IMG/VR virus record: IMGVR_UViG_3300036760_001167
Location: 1-64,000 of that record
Length of the DNA stretch: 64,000 bases
Source of the DNA: a virus
Direction: 5' to 3' (one strand)
Shown one piece after another: positions 45,307 to 56,186 of the stretch. Every line of letters begins with the position of its first letter. Position 1 is the stretch's first letter. A program made the translations under genes and the position numbers. The notes under the pieces are model-generated. The model searched no databases. It was not told the origin of the DNA and saw only the letters and a program-made list of their open reading frames with translations.

Positions 45307-45746
45307 AGCCGGCCCACCCGCTCGAGCTCGTCCTTGGCGGCGAGCACCCTCTTCGCCTGCTCCTCGGACCCGCCCTCGTGGTCGGGGTGCGCGGCCTTGA
45401 TCGCGGCCCTGAACGCAGCCCGCGCGTCCTCCACCGACGCGTCGGGGCCGATCCCGAGCACCCGGAGGGCCGCCTCGAGCTTCTGGTTGGCGAAGTTGAA
45501 CCCGCTGACCCGCCCGAAGCCCTCCGCGGCGTCGGCCCTGTCCTGCGCCTCCGTCCGCCCGCGCTCGTCGCCGACGAAGACCCGCTCGCCGCGCGCGTAG
45601 GCGTCGCGCTGCTCAGCCCGCATGCGCGTGTGGGGCCCGGGGAAGTGCCAGTCCCGGCAGTCGCCGCACCAGGGGATCTCGGTCTTGGTCCCGTAGCGCT
45701 CGTTGAAGATGTCGGCCGCGCTGCGCTTCGCCGGGCGTCCGCTCAC
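45303..45746 (-). CDS. J-domain (DnaJ-like) protein
   Basis: LRVLGI...ARAAFR...AAHPDHEGGS...AKDEL with an intact HPD; N-terminal CxxC-x2-WH. Confidence 0.85.
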   Translation of the reverse strand: MSGRPAKRSAADIFNERYGTKTEIPWCGDCRDWHFPGPHTRMRAEQRDAYARGERVFVGDERGRTEAQDRADAAEGFGRVSGFNFANQKLEAALRVLGIGPDASVEDARAAFRAAIKAAHPDHEGGSEEQAKRVLAAKDELERVGRL

Positions 45747-46177
45747 GACTGCACCCTCGGGACGTGGACCCGCGCCGGGCCCTTCGCCCTCGGCGCCGGC
45801 TCCTCCTCCTCCTCGATCGGCTCGTCCGTCTCCCAGCGCAGCTTCATCATCGCCATGGGCGTGAGGCCCAGCCGGTCCTCGAGCTGGCGCGCCTCGGCGC
45901 GGAGCTGCGGGTTCGCGTTCGACTGCTCGGACTCGACCAGGATCCGGACGTAGCGCGCGACCACCCGCACCCAGCCCAGCCGCTCCCACTCGCTCGCCTG
46001 GGGCGTCGCCCAGAGCTCCGACCAGACCGTCGCCTCCTCGATCGCCCCGATCAGTGGCTCGTCCAGCGGGAACGCGGGCGGCGGGCCCTTCCGGCCCTCG
46101 TACGGGAGCTGCCTGAACCCCGCGGTCGCCCTCCGGCGCCGGGTGAGCTCCGGGTCCTTCTTCGGGGGTCCGGGCAT
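45743..46177 (-). CDS. terS: Terminase small subunit
   Basis: MPGPPKK...WSELWATPQA..W...EARQLEDRLGLTPMAMMKLRW, typical of actinophage TerS. Confidence 0.85.
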   Translation of the reverse strand: MPGPPKKDPELTRRRRATAGFRQLPYEGRKGPPPAFPLDEPLIGAIEEATVWSELWATPQASEWERLGWVRVVARYVRILVESEQSNANPQLRAEARQLEDRLGLTPMAMMKLRWETDEPIEEEEEPAPRAKGPARVHVPRVQS

Positions 46178-46180
46178 CGG

Positions 46181-46480
46181 TCACAGCACCTCCCGGAGCC
46201 GGTCCGCGATGTGCTGCGCCGTCGGGTCGCCCGCCGCCGCCTGCGCCCGCAGGATCGGCTCCGCCATGCGGAGGAGCTCCCTCGCCCGGCGCGCCTTGCG
46301 GACCTCGTCCCAGCGCTTGTGCTGCGTCGCGCTGATCTTGCCGGCGCGGTCGAGCGGCGCCGGCCGATCGCCCGAGCCTGAGCTCGCCGGCGGGTGATCC
46401 TCGGCCTGGCCATCCTGGGCTAGGTCGACCGGCCTAGGCTGCGCGCGGCCGGCCTGGCGCTGCCTGCGGGACCGTCCCAT
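46181..46480 (-). CDS. Hypothetical basic protein
   Basis: 99 aa ORF between the late-promoter motif (46487-46497) and terS. Confidence 0.45.
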   Translation of the reverse strand: MGRSRRQRQAGRAQPRPVDLAQDGQAEDHPPASSGSGDRPAPLDRAGKISATQHKRWDEVRKARRARELLRMAEPILRAQAAAGDPTAQHIADRLREVL

Positions 46481-46609
46481 GTAGCTATCTTACACCGAGT
46501 AACTCCCGGCCGGATCCCGTTCACAGGGGCTCGGGCCTACTACGCCGGTCGGTCGGTGAAAGACAGGTCTTTGCCAAGCCCCGCCCTCCATTCGGACGGT
46601 GACCTTCAC

Positions 46610-47025
46610 CCAAGGACCTAGGCCGCGGCCTCAGCGACTACAGACCTAGGTCCTATCAGGCCGCGCATCGGACCTAGAAGACGTAGCTCAACGTGACGCC
46701 CGCCCGATGTGACTAGACCGATATGGCCACGGGCCCTGTGGCCTAGGGCGGCCGATCGGGCCGGCACGATCGGGCAGCCTAGGCCGTGTTGCGATCCGCG
46801 ATCGCCCAAGGGCCTAGGCCGTCGACGCCCTGCGCGACGATCGGGCGGCCTACGCCCGGCGAGATCGAAGGGCCTAGGCCGCTCCCGTCTCTGGCGACTT
46901 TCCGCAGGCTAGGCCTTGCGGTCTTGCGGCGAGATCGAAGGGCCTAGGCCGGCGACTTTCGGGCCGGCGACTTCCGGCCTGTTAGGCCCGGCGACTTTCC
47001 GGCCGATAGCTGGCGACTTTCCGGG
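46610..47025. repeat. CCTAGG/GGCGACTT repeat-rich region, putative genome end or packaging site
   Basis: At least seven CCTAGG; 25-bp direct repeat at 46857-46881 and 46927-46951; five GGCGACTT; lies between HNH/MTase and terS. Confidence 0.65.
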
Positions 47026-47534
47026 ACCATGACCTGCCAGCGCCCGGGCAGCGGCTCCGGGTCGCCTGGCCGCATCACGACGATCGCGGGCGCGAACGGC
47101 GCCTGCACACGCCCGCCGTCGAAGCGGATCCGGCCGCGGACCAGCCTCACCTCCGAGCCCGCGCAGCTCGCCTGCCACCACCGCGTCTCGGTGCGCGCGG
47201 GGAGCAGGCAGACGACCACGATCCCGCCGCGCGCCTCGAGCCTCGCGCGCGCGACGAAGTCCGGGGTGTGCTTGGAGTAGGGCGGGTTCAGGAAGGCGGC
47301 CTGCCCGCGCCTGGCCCAGCGGCCCGGCGAGAGCGCGTCGGCCATGAAGCCGCCGGGCCCGATCCACCGGGCGGCCTTGTGGTTGGCCTCGTTCGCGGCC
47401 GCGTCTACGGCGAAGCGGAACTCCCGGTCCAGCTCGTCGTAGAGCTCCCGCGGGGTCCCGTAGTCCGTCTTAGCCGCGGCGGTCGCCGGGTTCGCCCCGC
47501 CGAACGTCGTCGCGCTACCCCGGCCTCCTGCCAC
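46944..47534 (-). CDS. Phage N6-adenine DNA methyltransferase (Dam-like)
   Basis: TPRELYDELDREFRFAVDAAA, FLNPPYS, LLPARTETRWW, GRIRF. Confidence 0.9.
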   Translation of the reverse strand: MAGGRGSATTFGGANPATAAAKTDYGTPRELYDELDREFRFAVDAAANEANHKAARWIGPGGFMADALSPGRWARRGQAAFLNPPYSKHTPDFVARARLEARGGIVVVCLLPARTETRWWQASCAGSEVRLVRGRIRFDGGRVQAPFAPAIVVMRPGDPEPLPGRWQVMVPESRQLSAGKSPGLTGRKSPARKSPA

Positions 47535-47901
47535 CCAGCACCTCCTTGGCCGTCTTCTCGGAGTGCGACCTCTTGCAGCGCCCCTCCACGGACTCGCGCG
47601 CGAACGGGTCGCCGCCCTCGGCGAGGATCTGCCGCAGCGGCGGCGTGTGGTCCAGGTCCGTCCACGGCGACCTGCAGCCGCACAGGCAGAACGGCTGCTC
47701 TCGCCTGACCCTCCGCCGAAGCGCCCGCCAGCGCGGCGAGTCGTAGACCCAGCGCCAGTCCGCGGACCGGCCCTTGTACCGCGAGTCCTGGGCGGCGTTG
47801 CGCTCCGCCTCGTGCTTCGGGCAGCGCTCCGTCCCGCCGGGAACCAGCTCCGGGCACCCGTCCTCGGCGCATACGTGCTGCCTGCGGCTCGCCCGGCTCA
47901 C
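47515..47901 (-). CDS. HNH endonuclease (packaging-associated, HK97 gp74-like)
   Basis: CAEDGC...RCPKH, Y.SPRWRALR...PFC..C...LDH..P...CKRSHSEKT; near terS. Confidence 0.85.
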   Translation of the reverse strand: MSRASRRQHVCAEDGCPELVPGGTERCPKHEAERNAAQDSRYKGRSADWRWVYDSPRWRALRRRVRREQPFCLCGCRSPWTDLDHTPPLRQILAEGGDPFARESVEGRCKRSHSEKTAKEVLGGRRPG

Positions 47902-49381
47902 GTGATCATCGCCTTGGCCGCGCACGCGACGCAGAGCTCGCCGAGCCCCGGGTCGTGCTTGAGGTACGTCCCGAGCGGCATCGTGCCCGCGAACGCGGGG
48001 ATCCCCCACCTGCCGCAGAGGGCGAACCAGACCCCGCGCGCGGCGCTCTGCTTGATGTGGCGCGGCCCGCCGTCCTCGATCATGAACGTCACCGCGGGTC
48101 TCCGCTCCGCGGTCACCGGTCGACCCCCGCCCAAGCTGCCCAGATGAGGGCGCACCCGACGGCGAACACCCCGACGCACAGCACCGCGAGGAGCATCATC
48201 GGTCGAGCATCCTGACCAGCCCCTCGCGCGCGAGCCGGCGCGCCTCGTCGACGGGCAGCGCGATCCACAGCGCGCGGTGCCGGCCCAGCTTCCACGAGAC
48301 CGTGACGTACCGGCGGCCGCAGTTCGGGCAGGTCCTCACGCGCGCCCGCAGTCGCAGCAGCCCTGCCGCGCGTGGACCGCGCAGTCGCCGCTCGTCGTGT
48401 GAGGGCCGGAGTTGTGCGCCGCGCAGTAGAGCCGCGACAGGCACGGGCACTCGGCGCAGGCGCAGTCCCCGCCGTCGCTCACGGGCGAAGCACCGCCACG
48501 CACCAGCGGCCCGCGTGGACGTAGACCGTCGCCTTGACGCCGAACTGGCCGCTGTACCGCTCGCTCCAGAGCGGCCGCATCCGCGAGTGGTCGCGCAGCG
48601 CGAGGCCCCAGCCCAGGACGCGGAACCACCCCTCGCGATCGCCCCTGTACCAGCGGCCCGATAGCATCCGTGCAGTCGTCATCCCGGGTAGCTTCCCTCG
48701 CGCGCCGCGCAGCGCCTGCACGTGGCCGGGCTGGTGGTCGGGACGCCGCGGCCTCCGAGCCAGCGGCCCGGGTCGACCTCGCTGGTCCAGAAGGGCACGC
48801 CGCAGAGCGTGACCCACCGCGCGAGCGTCGACTCGCGGCGCACGTGGACCTTCCCCGTCCAGAGCTCTACCCTCACGCCGGCCTCCACTGCCTCGCCGCG
48901 AGCTCGGCCGCGGCCTTGTCGTACGCCTCGTTCAGCGTCGTCCCCCGGCGCTCCACGCCGCGGCCGCCGCACACCCAGCAGCTCCAGACGCCGGCCTCGT
49001 CGGACCACTCCACGCCGCAGGCGGGGCAGCAGAGCGTTGCCACGCGCTCACCTCCACCAGCAGCAGTCGCACCAGCGGGCCCGGCACCCGCACCGCGCGA
49101 GGCCGGCCGCGTGCCGGAGCCTGGACAGCAGGTGCCGCGCGCGCCTCGCGCGCGAGGAGCCGATCGCCCGGACCTCCCGCGCGTCCCGCAGCCCGTGGTA
49201 CCGGCGGCCGGTCACGCGAGCCTCGCCTTCGCCGCGAGGTACTCCAGCGCCCCCGGCGCGTCCTCGCCGTACTCCTCGCGGAACAGCCCGGCGAGCAGGA
49301 CCAGCGAGAACCCGCCCGCTCCCGGCGACTCCCACAGGCGCACGAGCCGGCGGTCGCGGCGGCGGGCTAGCAGGCGGCGGA

Positions 49382-49720
49382 TCACTGGGCACGCGCCGAT
49401 CGCGCGGTTCGGTCGCGGTGGTACGCGTCCATCTTCGCCTGGACCGTCGCCGGGTCGCCGTGAAGGAACTCGGCGAGGCCGACCGGCTCGAGCGCGTCGG
49501 CGCGCAGGCCGCGCGCGAGCTCCGCGAGCTCCTGCGCGTACCGGAACCCGAGCTGCGCGAGCGTCAAGGCGCCGAGCTTCGCGCGGAGCGAGGCGACCTC
49601 GGTCTTCGTCGTCTTGAGCGAGGTCCCGCGGCGGTCCGCGACCTCCCGCATGCGCATCCCCGCGCAGAGCATGCGCGCCACCTCGTGCTCCGAGCGGGAG
49701 ATCGGGCCGAACGTGCTCAC
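49382..49720 (-). CDS. LuxR-type HTH protein
   Basis: ISRSEHEVARMLCAGMRMREVA...SLKTTKTEVASLRAKLG. Confidence 0.8.
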   Translation of the reverse strand: MSTFGPISRSEHEVARMLCAGMRMREVADRRGTSLKTTKTEVASLRAKLGALTLAQLGFRYAQELAELARGLRADALEPVGLAEFLHGDPATVQAKMDAYHRDRTARSARAQ

Positions 49721-50843
49721 CTCTTCCCCCGCCACATCTCGGCGAGCACGCGGAGGAACAGCGCCATGGAGATCAGCACCAGGCCGACCGCGCCGACGTG
49801 CTCCAAGTGCAGGAACTGAAGGACGTCCTGGTGCGTCATCGTCAGACCTCCTCCATGTCCAGCCGGAGCCGCGCGATCGCCGCCTGCTCGTTCGACATCT
49901 CGCTCGCGTCGCGCGCCGCGAGGAAGGACCCGATGTCCGCCTCGAGCTGCAGGACGCGGCGCTCGCACGCGCGGGCCCGGATCCTGCAGAGGACCAGCCT
50001 CTGCACGAGCGCGGCCTTGGGCGAGATCATGCGGACGCCAGCCGCGCGGGCCGGAGCGCGTCGGCCGCGCGCCGCGGCGCCCTGCGGAGCCACGCGCGCA
50101 GCCTGTGCGGCCACGTCCTGAGCCTGACGACCGCGAACGCCTCGGGCCTGTAGACCGAGACGGCCGCCTGCTGCTGGACCCTGATCGCGGTCAGCGGCCT
50201 GGCGAAGAACTCGTCGCCGACCGACTCGCCGACGTCGACCGCGGGCGTGCCCTGGAGCCAGAGCTGGGCGGCCTGCCCGAACGCGCCCACGACCGCCTGG
50301 TCGCCGCGCGTCCTGGCCGTGCCCACCGCGAGCTGGGTCCGGCGCTCGACGCGGCGGGCGCAGCGTCGGATGGCCCGCTCGTTGGTCTCCAGCGGCCGGA
50401 CGCGGCGGCGCTCGGCGCCGGAGTCCTCGATCCTGCGCGCGACGAAGCCGCCCAGCGCGTTCTGGAACAGCGGCAGCGCGCGGGCCTGCACGTACGCCGT
50501 GACCGCCGGCCCGTCACCGGCCATGTCCGCCGTGATCGGCAGGAGCATCGCGACCCGCTCCACGTCCGTGTCCACGACGTCGAAGTCGAACTCGCCGCCG
50601 CGCCTCTTCCGCTCGGCGATGTACCTGACCCTGTTCGACCTGACCTCGCCGACCGCCACCATCTCCTGGATGCCGCTCATCGTGCCCCCTTCGCCTCGAG
50701 CTCCGCGATCTCCAGCATGAGCCGCGCGAGCGCGTCCCTGTCCCCGCCGGCCGCCTTGCACGTGTCGCAGCCCGCCTCGTGCTCGGGCGTGCCCTCGCGC
50801 GAGAGCGCGACGGACGCGATCGACTCCATCAGCAGGAACGGGT

Positions 50844-51044
50844 TCACTCGCCCGCCGCCCACGCCGCGGCCAGCTGGGCCAGCGTCCTCGCGCCCGCCTT
50901 GCGCATCGCGCAGCCGGCCTGGTACTTGACGGTCTTGTCCGACGTCCCCCGCTCCTCCGCGATCTCCGCGTACCGCTTGCCGTCGCAGAGCGCGCGGACG
51001 ACCTCCTCCTCCGCCCGCGTCAGGCCCCAGTCCTCGCGGCTCAC
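50844..51044 (-). CDS. LuxR-type HTH protein
   Basis: LTRAEEEVVRALCDGKRYAEIA...SDKTVKYQ...MRKAG. Confidence 0.85.
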   Translation of the reverse strand: MSREDWGLTRAEEEVVRALCDGKRYAEIAEERGTSDKTVKYQAGCAMRKAGARTLAQLAAAWAAGE

Positions 51045-52462
51045 CGCGGCACCACCCTCAGCCGCAGCCGCGCCCGCCTGGCCGGCTCGCACGGGCCGTC
51101 GCAGTGGTACACGCCGGGCGCGACCACCATCAGCGACCACCTCGAGCGGCACTGCCAGCAGCGGACGCCCCTCTCGGTCCGCCACCCGCCCTCGAACTCG
51201 CTGGCGGCAAGCCCGCCGAACCGCACGGCCCTCACCCCGCCCTCGCCGTCCGGCCCTCGCCGTTCCAGGCGACGGCCATCTCCCTGTGGCCGCAGCCGCA
51301 GCAGACGCGGAACAGCGCGCCGACGGTCAGCCCGAGCAGCGTCCGGCGGAGACACATGCAGTGCTCGTGCCTCACGCGACCCGCTCGAGCTCGACCCAGC
51401 TCCGGGTGTTCATCTCGCCCAGCGCCGGGTGGCTGGTGAAGACGTGCTCGAGCGTCTCGACCGCCGTGTGCGTCGGCACCGCGTGGTCGTAGAACGGCGA
51501 GCGCCGCTCCTGGCCGTTCTCCTTGCGGCACACGTAGACGTTCCACACGTGCCTCACGTCACCCGCGGCCACGCGTCCGGCGGCTCGGGCGCGTCCGCGA
51601 AGTCGACGATCACGAGCGCGGCTCGGAGCGGACCCTCGTCGTAGACCTTGGTCCCGTCCGGCTCGGTCCTGCTGGGGTAGGCCTGCCCGACGATCGCCAC
51701 GTCCTCCGGCGTCCGCGCGGGCTCGCCCGCCTCGTCCGCGAGGTACGAGACCCTCACGGTCCCGCCGCCCAGCAGCTCGATGCGCTGGATCAGCCCGCGC
51801 TCCGAGATCCCCGCCGCGAGCGTCCAGCCGTTGAGCTCGTCGTGCTGCTCCGGCGCGAGCCGCTGCCAGTCTCCCTCGTTCGCGTCCAGAGCGCGGACGC
51901 GCTCGCCGCTCGCGGGGTCGGGCACGTGCGTCCCGTCCTCCGCGGTGGTCCAGCCGGCGATCGGCCTCCCCGGGTCCGTCACGTCCGTCACCTCGATGTG
52001 AACCCCGTCCATGGCTGCCTCCCTTGCCCTCGTCCTTCCCTATCTTACGGCGTGCGACCTTGGTCCGGGGCCACCGGCTCGGGCATCGGCGACCTCCACC
52101 ACAGCGTCACCGTCCCCTCCCCGCGGTCGTACGTGGCGAGGACGCGCTGGTCGACGGGCTCCTCGCCGAGCGTCGCGCGCCAGCCCTCCTGCCGGGCCCG
52201 CGCGCGGCCCGCCTCCGTCGCGGCGACGGCGTCGGCCTGCGTGCGCACGCCCTCCATCATCGCCCACGGGACGACCTCGCGCCTCGTCTGCGGGTCGCGG
52301 CGGCGGCCCAGCCCGCGCCTCACCGACACCCCGGATCGGCGGCGGTACCGGCGCGGAGGGGATGGACTTCCGGGCGCGCAGAACTCGCGGCCTTGTGCGC
52401 GTATATAACCATCCTCTTAGAACTGGTACCTTCTGGGGTATCCGCCTTCTCGGGCTGCGGGT

Positions 52463-54952
52463 TCACCGGGTCCGCGCCTGGTCCGCGCCGGTACTTCCGG
52501 TACTTCCGGGGATGCGGACGACGAAGAGCTTCGTCGTGACGAGGCCCCGGCCCTGCACCCAGACCTTCCGCTTCCTGGTGTCGCGACCCCGGTCGTGCGA
52601 CAGCACGCCCTGCTCAGCCCACTTGTCGAGCACGGGCTTCGGGTCGCGCAGCCCCGCGTACTCGCGGAGGATCAGCGCGAGCGTCGACCGGCCGATGATC
52701 CCCACCGTGTCGTCGCCGAACCAGACGCCCCAGCGCTGCTGGCCGATCGGCTCCTCGTTCGCGGGGAAGAACCGGCCGCTGCCGAGCAGCGCCTCCTTCA
52801 CCGCGTTGAGCCCGCGCTCGCCGATGTCGGCGCCCTCGTCCGCGCCGGACCTCTGCAGCTTCTCGAACACCGAGAGCGCCGCCCCCTCGAGCTCGCCGTA
52901 CTCCACGCCGCGGCCGCAGACCCGCGCGAGCTGCGCGAAGCCCGCGACGCACGTCGCGACCTGCCCGGCCTGCGCGAGCTCGACCTGCTGGCCGCTGGCC
53001 TCTGGCGCCATCTCGAGGAAGAGCCGCTTCTGGAGCGCGAGGAACTCGGCCGGCCGCGGGTCGCGCGCCAGCCACCGCAGCGGCCAGCCGTGCGCCCGCT
53101 GCGCCGACGCGAGCATCCGCAGGTGGGCGTCGACGTCGTCGGCGAGCGGCGAGTACAGCTCCATGATCCTGCGGCGCACGCCCGTCAGGCCGGACTGGAT
53201 CGTCAGCCGCGCCTCGCCGGTCGACAGCACGCACGCGCTCCAGGTCGAGGTGCCGGACACGTTCCGGCCCGCGTTCCCCGCGATCTTCCGCTCGCGCCCC
53301 TCCATCAGGTTGAACAGCATCTGGGTGAACTGGTCCGGCTCGAGGCCGAGGTTCGCGGCCTCGTCGAACCAGACGGGCAGGACGCCGACCTGCTTGAGCA
53401 CGTTCCCCGGCGCCTTCGCGGTCTGGTTCCACGAGCGGTAGAGCCGCCCGTCGGGGCGGCGCGCGTCGCCGAGCTGCTGGAACGCCATCTCCGCCGACTC
53501 GGACTTCCCGGTGTGCGACTCGCCGGTCACGTGGACCGTGAAGATCTGCTTGTCCTTCAGCAGCGTGACGTAGAGCGCGCCGAGCGGGAAGCCCAGCAGG
53601 ACCGCGAGCTTCGGCCAGCCCGCGGCCTCGTCGACGACGTTCCTCCACTCGCGGCGCGCGTCGTCCTCCGCGACGTCGGCCGCGTCGCCGTAGACGACGA
53701 GCTCCTCCTTGCCCGGCGACGCCTCGAGCTCGCCCGGCACGCGCAGCTCGCCGCCGCGCCACTCCGCGCGCGTCAGCACTGGCCTCGTGCGGAACAGGCC
53801 CGACGCGCGGACCGCCGACAGGAACTCCGCGACCGCGGCGCACTCGGCGGGCATCAGGTCCGGCCCCTCGAGCTCGGACAGGAGCTGCCCGCGCTTGTCC
53901 GCGGTCATGAACGTCGACGGGACGACCATCCGCTTGGGCGCCGGGCCCGCTCCCTCGAAGGTCACGTCGTAGCCGCGCACCTGGCCGTCCTCGTCGACGA
54001 GCACCTCGTGCGGGACCACGTTGAACTGGGCGCGCGCGATCCACCTCTTGTCGCGCCTCTGCGAGAGCCAGCCGGAGCGGAACGCCCAGCCGAGCGAGTC
54101 GGTGTCGGGCGGGCGATCGGCGGCGGCGCGCCTCCGCGCGGGCCTCGCGCCGTCGGCCTCGAGGACCAGCGCCCTCAGCTCTGCGGCGGTCCCGCCGCGG
54201 TCGAGCCAGTCCGACACGTCCTCGCCGCGCGACTCCCGCTCCTCGAGGCCCGGCAGGTCGACGGCGACCGCGTGCACCCCGCGCGACGCGAGCGCGTCCA
54301 TCGCCGCGGCCCGCGCCCGCTTGCCGTGCGCGTCGTAGTCGCGCAGCACGGCGACCCTGAACCCCTCGAGCTTCCTGGCCAGCTTCGCGGTCAGGTGCCC
54401 CTCCGACGGGGCCGTCGCCTGCAGCCCCTCGGCGCGCAGCCTGTCGACGTCCTTCTCGCCCTCGACGACGAGGACCCAGCGGTCCTTCTCGAGCGGCGGC
54501 ATGTAGAGCAGCGGCCCCGGCTTGCGCGGCCTCCACCGGAAGTCCTTGCGCCAGCCGTCGGGCCACTCGTAGCGGACCTTGGTCGCGCCCTCGTACTCGT
54601 AGCGCGCGACCTCGACCGCGCCCGCGTCCTCGGGCCGCACGCCGCCGCCGGGGTTGCGCGTCCGCCACAGCCGCCCGGCCTCGCGCGGCGGCGGCGCGGA
54701 CCCGAACGCCTCGAAGATCGCGTCGACGTGCTCGCGGTCGCGCTCGCCGCCCGCGTCGAGGCCGCAGCCGCCCTTCCCGCTGAAGCAGTACAGCAGCGCC
54801 TCGCCCTCCCGCGATCGCTTCACCGCGAACGACGGGCTGTTCGAGCCGTCCCCTTCGCACACGGGGCAGAACGTGCGGAAGGAGCCGGCGCCCGACGGGA
54901 ACGTCGGCCAGCCCCGGCCCTCGAGGAGCTCGAGCAGCTCGTCGTACGTCAA
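52463..54952 (-). CDS. DNA primase/helicase (Zn finger, TOPRIM, DUF927-like helicase)
   Basis: FCPVC...LYCF...C; VVEGEKD...LRDYD; GESHTGKS; WFDE; STGE. Confidence 0.88.
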   Translation of the reverse strand: MTYDELLELLEGRGWPTFPSGAGSFRTFCPVCEGDGSNSPSFAVKRSREGEALLYCFSGKGGCGLDAGGERDREHVDAIFEAFGSAPPPREAGRLWRTRNPGGGVRPEDAGAVEVARYEYEGATKVRYEWPDGWRKDFRWRPRKPGPLLYMPPLEKDRWVLVVEGEKDVDRLRAEGLQATAPSEGHLTAKLARKLEGFRVAVLRDYDAHGKRARAAAMDALASRGVHAVAVDLPGLEERESRGEDVSDWLDRGGTAAELRALVLEADGARPARRRAAADRPPDTDSLGWAFRSGWLSQRRDKRWIARAQFNVVPHEVLVDEDGQVRGYDVTFEGAGPAPKRMVVPSTFMTADKRGQLLSELEGPDLMPAECAAVAEFLSAVRASGLFRTRPVLTRAEWRGGELRVPGELEASPGKEELVVYGDAADVAEDDARREWRNVVDEAAGWPKLAVLLGFPLGALYVTLLKDKQIFTVHVTGESHTGKSESAEMAFQQLGDARRPDGRLYRSWNQTAKAPGNVLKQVGVLPVWFDEAANLGLEPDQFTQMLFNLMEGRERKIAGNAGRNVSGTSTWSACVLSTGEARLTIQSGLTGVRRRIMELYSPLADDVDAHLRMLASAQRAHGWPLRWLARDPRPAEFLALQKRLFLEMAPEASGQQVELAQAGQVATCVAGFAQLARVCGRGVEYGELEGAALSVFEKLQRSGADEGADIGERGLNAVKEALLGSGRFFPANEEPIGQQRWGVWFGDDTVGIIGRSTLALILREYAGLRDPKPVLDKWAEQGVLSHDRGRDTRKRKVWVQGRGLVTTKLFVVRIPGSTGSTGADQARTR

Positions 54953-55473
54953 GCCGTGGCCCCGATCGGTCGGAGCAGGTCGAGGAAGAAGTCCGCGTGC
55001 CGGGGAGCGAAGAACTCGCGGCCGTGCGCCGGGAGGATCCCGGCGCGGCGCGCCTCGTCGAGCAGGAACCGCTCGAGGGCGCGTGGGTCAGGCACCCACT
55101 CCGCGTACAGAACCTCCTGGCGCTCGCGCTCCGACGACGAGTACGCGGCGAGCCTGCTCCGCATGGAAATCGTCCTGCCAACCTTCACCCACTCTGCGAA
55201 GTCGACGACGTAGACGAAGCCGCCGCCCTCGTAGGTGGGGCGGAGCCAGACCGAGAACCCGAGTCCAGCCGCGGCCAGCCGCCTGACCTCCGCGACCCCG
55301 AGCCGCTGTACCGCGCCGTAGTGCCCGCCACTCGAGCAGTAGGAGTCGGCCCCCCTCGCAGTTACCGCATCCTGGCAGCCGAGAATGGAGCAGACCCTGT
55401 TGGTCGGCTCTCGCCTCCGCGCTCCGTTCACCGGGTCGTAGGTGCGACCTGTCGAGGCATGCACCTCCGGCAC
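54949..55473 (-). CDS. GIY-YIG-like (T5orf172/MUG113) protein
   Basis: GFVYVV...VKVGRT...RL...LE...GREFF; N-terminal CSILGC...YC..H. Confidence 0.65.
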   Translation of the reverse strand: MPEVHASTGRTYDPVNGARRREPTNRVCSILGCQDAVTARGADSYCSSGGHYGAVQRLGVAEVRRLAAAGLGFSVWLRPTYEGGGFVYVVDFAEWVKVGRTISMRSRLAAYSSSERERQEVLYAEWVPDPRALERFLLDEARRAGILPAHGREFFAPRHADFFLDLLRPIGATA

Positions 55474-56186
55474 GGCCGCAGGTTCCTGACCTTGCGCAGC
55501 TTCACGCGCTCCAGGTAGCCCAGCCACCCGCGCCGCGCGGTGAGCGCCGGGCAGAGCGCGTCTCGGTGGAAGACGTCCGTCCCGTCGACCCCGCGGCAGA
55601 CGACCACTAGCGAGTCCAGCGTCCGCGGCATCGCCGCCCGCGCCGTCACGAGCGCAGCGCCGCGAGCTCCGTCGCGGCCTCCAGCAGGTCGACGCGCGCC
55701 TCGAGCTCCGCGTGCGGGCTCGTCGACTGCGCCCACGACATGGCGCGGTAGCACAGGCGCTCCATCAGCTGGTAGTCCGGCGACTCCTCCCGGAGCAGCT
55801 CGACCGCCGCCGCCAGGCTCAGCTCAGCCACTCGTTCCTCCCCTCGACCAGGTCGTCCGCGGTCCGGTCTCGCAGCTCGTGGCGGCGGAGCCACCTCGCG
55901 AGCCTGCGCTCCGCGCGCGCCATCCGGCGCTCGAGCCTGCGCGGCTTGAGCACGCGGTCGTCCAGCCAGACGAGGCGCCAGTGCTCGTTGTCCGCGGAGT
56001 AGAGCACGAGGCACGCGCAGTCGATGCCGCCTGGCGGCGAGAACTCGTAGTGCCGCCTGCGCACCTCGCGCTCCCACTTGAGGCCGAGTCCCCGCGCGGC
56101 CGGGCCCCGGCCGACGATGCCGCCGACCGCGAAGCCGTCCTGCGCGCGGTCCTTCAGGCTCCGGTCCGGGGGCGCGCCGTCGCGGG

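Larger units (their letters stand above)
47898..52329 (-). other. Cluster of about 15 small hypothetical genes
   Basis: Chained short ORFs with GTGA/ATGA overlaps, e.g. 48479..48700, 50027..50680, 51372..51572, 51554..52012. Confidence 0.55.
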
